From NCBI RefSeq assembly GCF_028368995.1, contig NZ_JAQNDL010000002.1:128001-192000 (forward strand): a stretch of DNA of 64,000 nucleotides, in the 5' to 3' direction. Below are positions 52,003 to 64,000 of the stretch, one piece after another. Every line of letters begins with the position of its first letter. Within the stretch, counting starts at the first letter, position 1. The position numbers and the translations under genes are program-made. The stretch is from Nannocystis bainbridge (GTDB lineage: Bacteria > Myxococcota_A > Polyangia > Nannocystales > Nannocystaceae). Under the pieces are notes generated by a model. It was not told the origin of the DNA and ran no database searches. It saw only the letters and a program-made list of their open reading frames with translations.

Positions 52003-54193
52003 CCTTGCGATCGATCCTGCCGGCCTCGCCGGTCTCGCCGCGCCTGCGGCTCACAAGACGGTGAGCTGGCTCGGCACCTACTTCGTCCACAGCACCGTGA
52101 TGATCGGCGGCGTGTGGGCGTTCAGCCGCTTTTTGCCGCTCGACGCGCTGACCCGCAGCTTGCTGTGGAAGATGTCGCTGGTCGGCGGGCTGTTCACGGC
52201 GACGCTGCAGACCGGGCTCGGGGTCGAGCCGATGTTCGGCCGCGTCAACGTGGCTACCAACGAGGCGCCGACCACGGCCCCGCCGATGATCGCCGCGCCG
52301 CCGCCCCCGCTCGTGGAGGAGCCAGCGACGCTGCTGCTGCCGTTCACGCGCGCGTGCGTCGGTTGTGAGTCGCACCTGGTGGTGATCAGCGACGACGACA
52401 TGACGGCGGTGTTCGCCGCGCCGCCGCTGTTCGTCGACGTGCCGGGGTGGGCGGTCGCGCCGCCGCAGCCGCCGATGGCCGCGCCGGCGCCGCTCCAGAT
52501 GGCGACCGCGGGGCCGGTCGGGGGCGTGAGCGCGGCGGTGTGGGCGTTCGCGGGGCTGTTCGTGTTCGGGGCTGCGGCCTCGCTCGGGCGGGTCGGGCTG
52601 TCGTTCCGTCGCATGCGTCGCGGGCTCGCCGACCGGCGGGTGCTGGGCTCGGGTCCGCTGCGCGAGCGGCTGACGCGGCTCCTGGCCTCCGCGCGGGCCC
52701 CGGGCGCGAGCGTGCAGCTCAGCATGTCGGACGTGATCACCTCGCCGATCGCCATGGCGGGCCGCGAGATCGTGGTGCCGGAGCAGGCGCGCGAGCTGGC
52801 GCCGCGGCAACAGGAGGCGATGTTGGCCCACGAGCTGGCCCACGTGCTGCGCCGCGATCCGGCGTGGCAGATGCTGGCGGCGGTGGTCGAGGCGGTGCTG
52901 TTCTTCCAGCCGCTCAATCGCGTGGCCCGCCGCGGGATGCAGGAGGCGGCCGAGGAGCTGTGCGACGACTGGGCGGTGCGCCACACCGGCTCGGAGGTGC
53001 ACCTGGCGCGCTGCCTGGCCGAGGTCGCGGCGTGGCCTGGTCATCGGGACATGTCGACGTTCGCCAGCCCGATGGCGGGGCACGCGTCACAGCTGGCGCG
53101 GCGGGTGCAGCGGCTGCTGCACGTGCACCTGCGCGACCGCGGGCAGTGGGCCCGCCGCTGGCGCGTGGGCCTGGCGGCGGCGCTGCTGATGATGGTGACG
53201 TTCGGCGCGCCGGGGCTGTCGATCGCGGCGACGACCGGGCCGCACGAGCCGCAGGAGTGGCCGACGGCGCCCGACAACGGGCCGGCGCCGCAGCCTTCGC
53301 TGGCGTTCGTGCACGTGCCCGAGTCGCCGGTCGTGGTCGTGCGCACGCCCCACGATCACGCGGTGCACGGGCACGAGGTCATCGTCGTCCAGCAGTCGCA
53401 GGAGCTGACGCGCAAGCAGAAGCGACTGCTGCGCCGCGCCGAGCGTCACGCCAAGAAGGCGGCCAAGCTGCGGGCCAAGAGCGGGTACTACGCGGCGCCG
53501 GCGGTGTACGTGCCGGTGTCGCACGTCTCGCACGTCTCGCACGTCTCGCACGTCTCGCACGTGGCACCGCCGACGCCGCCGACGCCGCCCAGGCCGCCGA
53601 CGCCGCCGACGCCGCCGACGCCGCCGAGCTTCAAGGTGGTGATCGGGCACGACCACGACGACTGCGACGACGACGATCACGACGTGATGGCGCTGGCGGT
53701 GCCGCACGTGGCGGTGCATCCGGGGGCGTTCCACGTCTCGGGCTTCGACGAGGAGGCGCTGGCGGCCCATGCCGAGGCGCTGGCCGCCCAGGTCGACGCG
53801 CAGCTCCAGGGCCTCGACGAACAGATCGAGCGCGAGCTGGCCGGGGTCGATTTCGAGAAGATCGCGGCGGACGTCCAGCGCGGGGTCGCAGCCTCGCTCC
53901 AGGGAGTCCAGCGGGCGCGCGAGCAGGCGGATCGGGCCCGCGAGCAGGCGGACCGGGCGCGCGAGCAGGGCGAGCGGGCGCGCGAGCGGGGCGAGCGAGC
54001 GCGTGAGCGGGCCGAGCGGGCGCGCGAGCGGGCCGAGCAGCACTCCGACCGGGATCGCCGGCGGGGCGAGGCGGCCAGGGCCGCCGGCGCGGCCGTGCGC
54101 AGCGCGGTCGACGAGGCGCTGCGCGACGGGGTGATCGACGCCGAGGAGCAGCGCAAGATCAGCGAGGCGGCCCGCAAGGCCCGCGCGAAGTGA
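51995..54193 (+). CDS. M56-family (BlaR1-like) metallopeptidase with His-rich, Pro-rich and coiled-coil C-terminus
   Basis: TM segments, AHELAH..RRD, FFQPL, EELCDDWA. Confidence 0.88.
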   Translation: MLDLAIDPAGLAGLAAPAAHKTVSWLGTYFVHSTVMIGGVWAFSRFLPLDALTRSLLWKMSLVGGLFTATLQTGLGVEPMFGRVNVATNEAPTTAPPMIAAPPPPLVEEPATLLLPFTRACVGCESHLVVISDDDMTAVFAAPPLFVDVPGWAVAPPQPPMAAPAPLQMATAGPVGGVSAAVWAFAGLFVFGAAASLGRVGLSFRRMRRGLADRRVLGSGPLRERLTRLLASARAPGASVQLSMSDVITSPIAMAGREIVVPEQARELAPRQQEAMLAHELAHVLRRDPAWQMLAAVVEAVLFFQPLNRVARRGMQEAAEELCDDWAVRHTGSEVHLARCLAEVAAWPGHRDMSTFASPMAGHASQLARRVQRLLHVHLRDRGQWARRWRVGLAAALLMMVTFGAPGLSIAATTGPHEPQEWPTAPDNGPAPQPSLAFVHVPESPVVVVRTPHDHAVHGHEVIVVQQSQELTRKQKRLLRRAERHAKKAAKLRAKSGYYAAPAVYVPVSHVSHVSHVSHVSHVAPPTPPTPPRPPTPPTPPTPPSFKVVIGHDHDDCDDDDHDVMALAVPHVAVHPGAFHVSGFDEEALAAHAEALAAQVDAQLQGLDEQIERELAGVDFEKIAADVQRGVAASLQGVQRAREQADRAREQADRAREQGERARERGERARERAERARERAEQHSDRDRRRGEAARAAGAAVRSAVDEALRDGVIDAEEQRKISEAARKARAK
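53516..53563 (+). repeat. In-frame 9-bp tandem repeat encoding (SHV)5
   Basis: TCGCACGTC x4 plus TCGCACGTG. Confidence 0.9.
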
Positions 54194-54198
54194 TCTCG

Positions 54199-54276
54199 TA
54201 AGGTGTCGGAAGGGACATGCTCGTGAGAGCATGTCCCTTTATTTATGGTCGAAGGGGCATGCCCGATGGGGCAGCC
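54199..54276. repeat. 14-bp-period CATG array
   Basis: Junctions at 54202, 54216, 54230, 54244, 54258, 54272. Confidence 0.85.
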
Positions 54277-54384
54277 TTCGCGGACTGTCGCAATGTGGCG
54301 GCGCTCCGGAGGCCGTCGAGCGCGGCGGCCCCGGCGAATCCCGGCCGGACTTTCGCCGCGGGGCGTCCGCTCACGCGGGCGCGG

Positions 54385-54939
54385 TCACGGAGACTTCCAG
54401 GTGCACGGATCGGGCGTGGCCTCGCCGCCGGCGTCCGGGTCGGCGGGCAGGTCGAGGGCGACGACCAGGCGGTCCTGCAGCTTGATCGCGCCGGCCAGCG
54501 CCTTGTAGGGCGCGATGCCCCACTGCGAGGGCACGAGGGTGAACTCGGCGTGCAGGCGATCGCCTTCGACGCGGACGGGGGCGCGGACCGGGACGGTCTT
54601 GCCGAGCATGACCAGCCGGCCGTCCAGGACCCCGCCCGGGGTGAGCGCGCCGGCGAAGCTGACCTCCGGGTGCTGCGCCGTCAGCAAGATCTCGTCGGTG
54701 ATGTTGCGCTGGATCTTGGCCTTGTCGCTGGCGCCGAGGCCCTCGACGTCGACCCGGCCGTCCTTGCCGACGACGCCGTCGACCTTCAGCGAGGCCGGCC
54801 AGAAGCGACCGCTGAGCGCGGTGCCATCGCGGCGGATCTCGAAGCGCCCCAGCGACAGCCGCAGATCGTGGGCGAGCCGCGCGAGCAGGCCGTCCTTGAA
54901 CGTGAACACCGTGATCTGGGCCGGTTCTGGCGTGCTCAT
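54385..54939 (-). CDS. YceI-like domain protein
   Basis: FKDGLLARLAHDL, HPEVSF, SQWGIAPYKALAGAIKLQD. Confidence 0.75.
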   Translation of the reverse strand: MSTPEPAQITVFTFKDGLLARLAHDLRLSLGRFEIRRDGTALSGRFWPASLKVDGVVGKDGRVDVEGLGASDKAKIQRNITDEILLTAQHPEVSFAGALTPGGVLDGRLVMLGKTVPVRAPVRVEGDRLHAEFTLVPSQWGIAPYKALAGAIKLQDRLVVALDLPADPDAGGEATPDPCTWKSP

Positions 54940-55109
54940 CGAAATCCCCTGTCCGTGGCTCGGTCGCCGACGGGGGCCGGCGAGCGTGTGGCCGAAGGCT
55001 AGCACAGCCCGGGCGGGGCGCGACCGTCGGGCCGGTCGTCGGCGGCGCGAGGCGTCGAGGGTCGGGGCGGGTACGGGGCTCATCCGTGGCTCGCAGGGGA
55101 CCGCGCGAT

Positions 55110-55220
55110 CGGGATGCTTCATGGGACATGTAGAGAGGCATGTTTGATAGGACATGTCTTTAAGGGCATGTCTTTGGAGGCGTCGAATAATGTCCTTAAG
55201 GACATGTTCCGAAGGTCACG
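55110..55220. repeat. 14-bp-period CATG array in three registers
   Basis: 55113, 55127; then 55139, 55153, 55167; then 55189, 55203, 55217. Confidence 0.85.
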
Positions 55221-55538
55221 CTCGCGCGGCGGTACGACCCGCGACGATCGCCTCGGGGACGCGCGGGCCTCGACGCGGCCGGGGTGCCGGCGCGGCAGGT
55301 CCTGCGGGGTCTCCATGCGCGCGAAACGATCACGACCGCCGATGTGGACGCGGCGCGTGACGCGTCCGCGGATGGGTCGCGTCGTGCTCCAGATTTGGGC
55401 GCCGCCGTTGGGATCCCGCGTACGGTGAATCCGGTGCACGCGGCTTCATCGGGCCTGCTCCGAGCCTGCGGGCGGCAGCGGTCGGAGCGCTGGCCACGCC
55501 GGGGGTCATCGTCGACGGATCGTGATACGTAGGGGCAC

Positions 55539-57962
<2,424 letters not shown>

Positions 57963-58014
57963 ATCTCGCCGCCGTTGCCAGCGCCGCGGTCATGGCCTAT
58001 GACCGGGCGTGCGC

Positions 58015-59160
58015 ATGCTTTGTCGGATCCGTCATTCGTCGTTGTGGGCAGCGCTGGCCGTCGCCGCCCCCGGTTGCTTCCTGCTGGACGGTGAAGCGAG
58101 CCCCGTCGAGCACACCCTCGCGCTCTCGACCGGCATCGACCTGGCCTACCACGAGCTCGGCGATCCCGACGGCGACGCGGTCATCTTCCTCCACGGGTAC
58201 ACCGACACCTCGCGCTCGTTCATGCCGACGGCGCTGGCGCTGCATGAGCTCGACGACGACTATCGCCTGTACGTGCTCGACCAGCGCGGCCACGGCGGCT
58301 CGTCGATGCCGCCGGCGTCAGCGTGCGCGGCCGCGCCGGAGCAGTGCTTCGCGCCGGCCGAGCTCGCCGCCGACGTGATCGCGTTCATGGACGCCAAGGG
58401 CATCGCCCGCGCCTCGATCGTCGGCCACTCGATGGGCAGCTTCGTGGCCCAGGAGCTGGGCCTGTCGCACCCGCAGCGGGTCGACAAGCTGGTCCTGATC
58501 GGCACCGCGGCGGGCGTGGCCGGCAACGTGGTGCTGCAGGACTACGTGCTCGCCGATCCGGTCGAGGGCGCGTGGAAGGCCGGCTTCGAGGCCCAGGGCC
58601 TGCAGTTCCCGGAGGACGTGTACGAGCTCGATCCGCTCGACGCCGAGGCCGACGCGCAGGCGTGGATCGAGGGCGCGTGGGTGGTCGACCCGGCGGCCGA
58701 CCCGGCGTTCCTGGCCGCGATCGCGGCGGAGACGGCGGCGACGCGCATGGGCACGTGGATCGGCGCGGCCCGGGCGCTGCTGCAGACCGACAACACCACC
58801 CGCCTGCACGACCTGAGCGTGCCGACGCTGATCCTGTGGGCCACCCAGGACGGCTTCTTCCCCGACGACCCCGACCAGCAGGCGCTGCGCGCCGCCCTCG
58901 ACGTCGCGGTCGACGCCTGCAAGCTCGAGTACTGGTTCAAGCAGTACGGCAAGCGCCCGCTCGCGCCCGACGGGGTGCAGGTCGACGACCTCGGCCACAA
59001 CACGCAGTGGGCCGCGCCCGCCGAGGTGGCCCGCGACCTCAGGGCCTACCTCGACACCGGCAAGCCGACGAAGGACTGGTACTACTCGGCCGACGGCGAT
59101 CCGCAGGACATCGTCACCCAGAAGAAGGCCGCGCCGCTGATCCACGGCAAGTGCGAGTGA
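58015..59160 (+). CDS. Alpha/beta hydrolase, probable lipoprotein
   Basis: APGC lipobox, FLHG, DQRGHG, GHSMG, QD, GHN. Confidence 0.87.
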   Translation: MLCRIRHSSLWAALAVAAPGCFLLDGEASPVEHTLALSTGIDLAYHELGDPDGDAVIFLHGYTDTSRSFMPTALALHELDDDYRLYVLDQRGHGGSSMPPASACAAAPEQCFAPAELAADVIAFMDAKGIARASIVGHSMGSFVAQELGLSHPQRVDKLVLIGTAAGVAGNVVLQDYVLADPVEGAWKAGFEAQGLQFPEDVYELDPLDAEADAQAWIEGAWVVDPAADPAFLAAIAAETAATRMGTWIGAARALLQTDNTTRLHDLSVPTLILWATQDGFFPDDPDQQALRAALDVAVDACKLEYWFKQYGKRPLAPDGVQVDDLGHNTQWAAPAEVARDLRAYLDTGKPTKDWYYSADGDPQDIVTQKKAAPLIHGKCE

Positions 59161-59193
59161 CTCGCGGGCGCCTGGCGCGCTCGCTCATGAAAC

Positions 59194-59285
59194 CGAGATG
59201 TCCGAAAGGACATGTTTGATGAGGCATGTCGCTTCGAGCATGGCTCTTCGGACATGCCTGAACAGGCATGTCCGAAAGCCCAGGC
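59194..59285. repeat. 14-bp-period CATG array
   Basis: Junctions at 59197, 59211, 59225, 59239, 59253, 59267, 59281; between convergent genes. Confidence 0.9.
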
Positions 59286-59289
59286 GGCC

Positions 59290-60267
59290 TCAGACGTACT
59301 CGATCTCGATCGCCAGGTCCGGGCCCGCGGGCAGGCGGGTCACGCGGCAGTCGTACGGGTACGTCGCGTGCCAGCGGGCGAACCCGTGGCACAGCGTCTG
59401 GACCGCGCGCAGCCAGCGGGTCACCGCCTCGACGCGGGGGAACTCGGCGCGCAGCAGCTGCGACGCGCCGGTCAGGCCACACAGGCTCTCGTCGTGCAGC
59501 GCCTCGACCTCGGCGGCGGCGGCGGCCGGGCTCAGGCCCTCGTTGTAGAGCATGCAGCCGAGCAGGTTGGGGCGGTGCGAGGCCAGGTCCTCGGCCACGC
59601 CGACCAGGTCGTCCTGGACGGCGACCAGGCGGGCGGCGTAGCGGCGGACCGCGGCGTGGGCCGGGTGGCTGCGGACCGCCAGCGGCAGCGGACAGTCGCC
59701 GACGTACTCGAGGAAATCGATGGCCGGGGCCACGCCGACGCTGGCGACCCGGATCGGCAGCAGGTCCTGGCGCGCCGGGTAGGCCGCGTCGGCCTCGAGC
59801 TTGGCGCGCCAGTGCGCCTCGCAGCGGCCCGCGTCGAGCCAGTCGGCGAAGTCCTCGGCCAGCCGGCCGCACCAGGCCGGGCCCATCGCCGTGCGGCAGC
59901 GCCGGGCCACCTCCCACCACGCGCGCAGAGCCGCCGGGGTGCTCGTCGGCAGGTCGTCGCTGCCGCGCACCGCCGCCAGCAGCTCGGCCTCGGGGAAGCC
60001 GACCTCCTCGCCGAGGAGAGCCCAGAAGGTCAAAAATCGCAGGGCCGTGGCGGCGCGCTGCGGGTCGGCGGCGAGCGTCGGCCAGCCGCCGAGGCGGGCG
60101 ACCGCGAGGCCGCGGAAGCCGGAGCCGCCGAGCAGACGCGGGCCCGGGCTCAGGAGCTCTTGCAGGCCGAGGTCGCCGGGTGAAAACCAAGGCAACGGAT
60201 AACGCAGCGTCACCTCGATCGCCAGCTCGGCCGTCATCCGTGATCGATCGTCGCTTGGGAACTTCAT
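59290..60267 (-). CDS. Class I terpene synthase-like protein with degenerate metal-binding motifs
   Basis: 325 aa, helical; IRVASVG, LEYVGDCPLP..VRSHP, QDDLVGVAED, NL, G...WH..Y. Confidence 0.65.
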   Translation of the reverse strand: MKFPSDDRSRMTAELAIEVTLRYPLPWFSPGDLGLQELLSPGPRLLGGSGFRGLAVARLGGWPTLAADPQRAATALRFLTFWALLGEEVGFPEAELLAAVRGSDDLPTSTPAALRAWWEVARRCRTAMGPAWCGRLAEDFADWLDAGRCEAHWRAKLEADAAYPARQDLLPIRVASVGVAPAIDFLEYVGDCPLPLAVRSHPAHAAVRRYAARLVAVQDDLVGVAEDLASHRPNLLGCMLYNEGLSPAAAAAEVEALHDESLCGLTGASQLLRAEFPRVEAVTRWLRAVQTLCHGFARWHATYPYDCRVTRLPAGPDLAIEIEYV

Positions 60268-60654
60268 GCTGGGAGGAGGTGGGGAGGGAGGGTCCGCCCC
60301 GACGCCCGAGACCGGCGCCCTCGGGCCCGGAGCGCCGGCGAATTGTCCTCGGCTGGATCGATGGCCAGGACGTGGTCGAACCCGTGCGAGTCCGGGTCAC
60401 GACACGAGAAATGCTCCCGGTCGTCCAGTGAGCGACACCACCGGGCCTTTCGGATCACGGCGATCACGGGTCCGCGAGGCGGAGACGTTGGGAAGCCAAT
60501 TTGTCGCTCCAAGCCCCCATTTAGGGGCTTTGCGTGCATTCTGTCGCGAAGGCGAGACGACGCAAGTTTTTCGACCGGACGTCGTGTCGCAGATCAGACC
60601 GAGGTTCACGGTCGCCGCGGACGGCTGTCCTCCGGGCGAGGACTGAGCGGCCGA

Positions 60655-61788
60655 TCAGGGCGCCGACAGAGGCCCGGCGGACGTCGTCGAGGTGTCGGCC
60701 GTCGCGGAGGGTACGTGGACCACCCGCTGTGGCAGCGGGATCACGAGGCCCTCGCGGCGCAGGCGGATCAGCAGGCGCTTGACCATGGCGGTGGTCAGCG
60801 GGTTGCGGTCGACGAAGTTCTGGATCGGCACGAACAGGCGGACCTCGAGCGACCACTCGCCGACGCGCAGGCGCATGGCCGGGGCCACCTCGCGCAGGCC
60901 GGGCAGGACCTCGCGGGCCTTCCGGACCTCGTCGAGCAGGATCGCCTCGAGCGCCTCGGGGTCGACGTCGAGGCCGACGCGGAACGGGACCTCGATCCAC
61001 ATGGTCGGGTCCGGCCGGCTGAAGTTGGTCATCATCGCCTCGCCGAGGCGCTTGTTGGGGATGAAGATCAGCAGGTCGTCGAGCGTGCGCAGGGTCGTGG
61101 TGCGCCAGCCGATGTCGGCGACGAAGCCCTCCATCTTGGCGTCGACGCTGATGAAGTCGCCGACCCGGATCTGCCGCGAGGCGGTCAGGTTGACGCCCGC
61201 GAACACGTTGGCGAGCGTGTCCTGGAAGGCCAGCGCGACCGCGAGGCCGCCGACCCCGAGGGCCGTCAGGGCCGGGAACACCGACACGCCGAACAGGCCG
61301 AGGATCGCGCCGCCGCCGAGCAGCAGCAGCACCGAGTTGATGATGTACTTGATGAGGGTCGTGCCGCCGCCGGCCGGCGATTGATTGCGGCCGACGACCT
61401 CGGACACGATCCGCATCAGCGTCAGCGTCACCGACAGGGCCAGCAGCGCGAACGTGACCTTCTCGCCGAAGGCGATCGAGCGGGCCTTCCACGGCATGTC
61501 GGGCAGCGCCGAGAGCAGGCCGCCGAGCAGCGCCCACAGCAGAGCCCGGTCGCGCAGGCGCGCCGTGATGATGTCGTCGATGACCCACTCGTTCTTGGCG
61601 CTGGCGCGGACCAGCAGCGGCAAGACGATGAACCGCAGCAGGAGTCCGAGCAGCAGCGCGAACGTCAGCTCGGCCGCGACGTCGGCGTAGCCGCGCGCAG
61701 CCTTGGGCAAGATCTCGAGCGCGACCCATTGCAGCTGCGGCAACGGGAAGATCGCGTCGTCCATCGGGGCGGTCAGAAATTCGATCAC
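60655..61788 (-). CDS. Small-conductance mechanosensitive channel (MscS family)
   Basis: LGVGGLAVALAFQDTLANVFAG, IRVGDFI, IGWRTT, IPNK; GTG start overlaps the pilD stop. Confidence 0.9.
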   Translation of the reverse strand: MIEFLTAPMDDAIFPLPQLQWVALEILPKAARGYADVAAELTFALLLGLLLRFIVLPLLVRASAKNEWVIDDIITARLRDRALLWALLGGLLSALPDMPWKARSIAFGEKVTFALLALSVTLTLMRIVSEVVGRNQSPAGGGTTLIKYIINSVLLLLGGGAILGLFGVSVFPALTALGVGGLAVALAFQDTLANVFAGVNLTASRQIRVGDFISVDAKMEGFVADIGWRTTTLRTLDDLLIFIPNKRLGEAMMTNFSRPDPTMWIEVPFRVGLDVDPEALEAILLDEVRKAREVLPGLREVAPAMRLRVGEWSLEVRLFVPIQNFVDRNPLTTAMVKRLLIRLRREGLVIPLPQRVVHVPSATADTSTTSAGPLSAP

Positions 61789-62750
61789 GGCGAAACGAGC
61801 GCGGCCCACAGGCCTTCGATGTGCTCGCGGAGGAACATATACTCGAAGGCCGCGAGCGCCAGGAAGGGCCCGAACGGGACGCGCGCCCCGAGCACGCCGT
61901 CGTCCGGGTCTTCGTCGCCGAGCTCGGGGTCGTCGCCGTGGACCTCGGCGAGCGCGGTGTTGGCCACGCCCCGCCCGAGCAGCAGCATCGGCACGGCGAC
62001 GAGGAGGCCCTGGATCGCCCCGGCCGCGAGGGTCCACATCAGCCCGCGCGCGCCGGCGAAGGCGCCGACCATGCACAGCAGCTTGCCGTCGCCGAGCCCG
62101 AGCGCCTCGATGCCGCGGAAGCGCAGGTAGACCCAGCGCAGCCCGGCGATCAGCAAGTAACCGCACGCGGCCGCGAGGCCCGCCTCGAGGATGCCGACGC
62201 CGAGCGTGGCCGGGCTGGCCGCGGCGACCACCAGGCCGAGGCCGGCGATCGGCAGCACGACCTCGTCGGGGATGATCCACACGTCGAGGTCGGTGTACGT
62301 GGCGATCAGCAGGCCGAGGCCGAAGCAGAACCACAGCAGCCACGCGAGCAGGCCGGGTGGGCCGCCCTGGACCATCGGCCGCAGCACGAACTGCAGGTAG
62401 AGCGTGAAGCTGAGCACGCCGCCGAGCAGCTCGACGACGAGGTAGCGCAGGGCGAACGGCTCGCCGCAGCGGCGGCAGCGCCCGCGCAGCAACAGGTACG
62501 AGAGGATCGGGATGTTGTCGTACCAGGCGATCGGGTGCTCGCACGCGGGGCAGGCCGAGCCCGGACGGACGACCGACAGTCCGCGCGGCAGGCGCCAGAT
62601 CGCCACGTTGGCGAAGCTGCCCCACAGCGAACCGAAGAGAAACGCCAACCACGGCGCCCAGGGGGCCATCAGGGCCTGCACCAGGACCGGATGGGTCTCG
62701 ACCAATTCGAGGGTCTCCGGGCCCTGGAACATCAGCAGCGGCTCGAGCAT
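61785..62750 (-). CDS. pilD: Prepilin peptidase/N-methyltransferase (A24)
   Basis: GSFANV.IWRLP, CPAC...CRRC, TDLD, GLGDGKL, PFGPFL. Confidence 0.92.
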   Translation of the reverse strand: MLEPLLMFQGPETLELVETHPVLVQALMAPWAPWLAFLFGSLWGSFANVAIWRLPRGLSVVRPGSACPACEHPIAWYDNIPILSYLLLRGRCRRCGEPFALRYLVVELLGGVLSFTLYLQFVLRPMVQGGPPGLLAWLLWFCFGLGLLIATYTDLDVWIIPDEVVLPIAGLGLVVAAASPATLGVGILEAGLAAACGYLLIAGLRWVYLRFRGIEALGLGDGKLLCMVGAFAGARGLMWTLAAGAIQGLLVAVPMLLLGRGVANTALAEVHGDDPELGDEDPDDGVLGARVPFGPFLALAAFEYMFLREHIEGLWAALVSP

Positions 62751-62807
62751 CGGGTGGCCCGGATCCTACGCGATCCGGCCCGCGCTTGTTCCTGTTATCC
62801 TCCGCGC

Positions 62808-63779
62808 GTGCCAGCGCCCTCGATCCGGCCGGTCCGCGGCCTCGCCCTCGCGCTCGTGCTCGCGGGCGGGCCCGCCTGCGGCGGCGACGACGACGACAAC
62901 CTGCCGGTCGCCGAACCCGCCGCCCTGCCGCCCCGCCCCGGGGCCGAGCACAAGAGCCAGGAGGAGCAGGCCCGCGCCGGGGTCGACGCCCTGCTGGCGA
63001 CCCCGAGCCCGGCGACCCTGCTGGCGGTGCTCGGCCAGAGCCACGCCGTCGCCCGCGCGCTGCTCGGCCGCCACACCCTCAAGTACACCGCGGAGTTCAG
63101 CCTCACGCCGGTCGAGCCGGTGCGTCCCGCGGTCGATACGCCGGTGCTGCTGGCGCAGAAGGTCGTCGACGAGCTCGATCTGCAGTGGGCCGCCGGGGCC
63201 GGTGAACCTGTCCGTTTCTACCTGTCCCAACATACCGATCAGCACCGCGGCCGCGAGCTCGTGGTGATCGACGAGACGGCCTACACGCGGCTGATGCACC
63301 GCGCCTGGCACGTGCGCCCGCTCGACGCCGACCTCCACCAGCGCTGGCTCGACGAGGCCCAGCGCAGCGTGCACGACGTGGTCGAGCTGGCCGCGCCGGC
63401 GCTGGCCGTGGCCGCGGCCGACGAGGGCGAGACGGTGCGGGTGACGCTGTCGCTGGCCGAGCCGGGCGCGCGCGTGCCGGTGCCCGCGGGTGCGGCGCCT
63501 GGCCGGGAGTGGCGTGAGAAGGCCGAGCTCACCGCGATCGAGGGCACGCTGACGATCGAGCGCGCCACGGGGCTGTGGCAGTCGGCCGAGGTCCGCGTCG
63601 GCTACGGCGTCCGCGACGAGCTCGAGCGAGCGCTGGTCGGCGAGACCCACCTCACCGGCACCGCGGCTCGCACCCCGGAGCTCGAGCTCCAGGCGCCCGA
63701 GCACGTCCTGCCGCTGCCCGAGCGGGTCCGCTACGAGAGCGAGCGACGGCGGCTGCTCGACGGCCTCGCCGGCACCTGA
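62808..63779 (+). CDS. Hypothetical lipoprotein
   Basis: GGPAC lipobox followed by GGDDDD; coding-like composition. Confidence 0.7.
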   Translation: MPAPSIRPVRGLALALVLAGGPACGGDDDDNLPVAEPAALPPRPGAEHKSQEEQARAGVDALLATPSPATLLAVLGQSHAVARALLGRHTLKYTAEFSLTPVEPVRPAVDTPVLLAQKVVDELDLQWAAGAGEPVRFYLSQHTDQHRGRELVVIDETAYTRLMHRAWHVRPLDADLHQRWLDEAQRSVHDVVELAAPALAVAAADEGETVRVTLSLAEPGARVPVPAGAAPGREWREKAELTAIEGTLTIERATGLWQSAEVRVGYGVRDELERALVGETHLTGTAARTPELELQAPEHVLPLPERVRYESERRRLLDGLAGT

Positions 63780-64000
63780 GCGCGAGCTCGCGTGACGCGG
63801 GCGCGGCCCGAGGGCGCGAGGAGCCTGCACCGCGTCGGCGAGGTCGGGCGTGAGCGGGCGCGGGCCCGAGGGCGAGCGAGGCTCCGCCACGAAGCCACGG
63901 CTCCCGCGGGGGAGCGGGCGCCTCCGCGTGAGCTGACGCGCCCGCGTCCGAACCGGGGGCCTTTGCGGCGCCGCTCGCCCGCGCTAAAAGGCCACGCGTG

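Noticed and set aside
59194-59285. Arrays as MrpC/CRP-type or parS sites
   Set aside because: Those have longer half-site spacing (about TGTY-N8-RAC, or a 16-bp site with a fixed core); here spacing is N6 with a free core and the sites are not promoter-biased
60511-60530. AAGCCCC-N6-GGGGCTT palindrome upstream of the terpene synthase-like gene
   Set aside because: A 7-bp stem in single copy; cannot be distinguished from chance or assigned as operator versus terminator

Overview
High-GC chromosomal window whose gene content is typical of a myxobacterium (Nannocystis-like; inference). It has TPR Ser/Thr kinases, Thr-stalk Cys-rich lipoproteins, a DUF1592/DUF1552 pair and a TonB-fused outer-membrane receptor. 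About 45 genes are supported: guanine deaminase, ALDH, an SDR/HxlR pair, an ECF sigma cassette, a vWA protein, a TBDR-lipoprotein-exbB-exbD-tonB operon, GGT, mtnP-pfkB, yaeQ, a kinase/AAA/GAF/His-kinase hybrid with a response regulator, an ArsR-SRPBCC-UvrA2 cassette, BlaI/M56, a Cache His kinase, a degenerate terpene synthase, mscS and pilD. I found no rRNA, tRNA, CRISPR array or transposase. The main unexplained signal is non-coding: a 14-bp palindrome, TGTCY-N4-RGACA. It forms 12 intergenic tandem arrays with a near-strict 14-bp register (CATG at each junction) plus several looser clusters, and it also occurs as isolated copies inside coding sequences. This points to a genome-wide protein-binding or chromosome-architecture element. 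Gene calls come from motif recognition only; no searches were run and several start codons are estimates.
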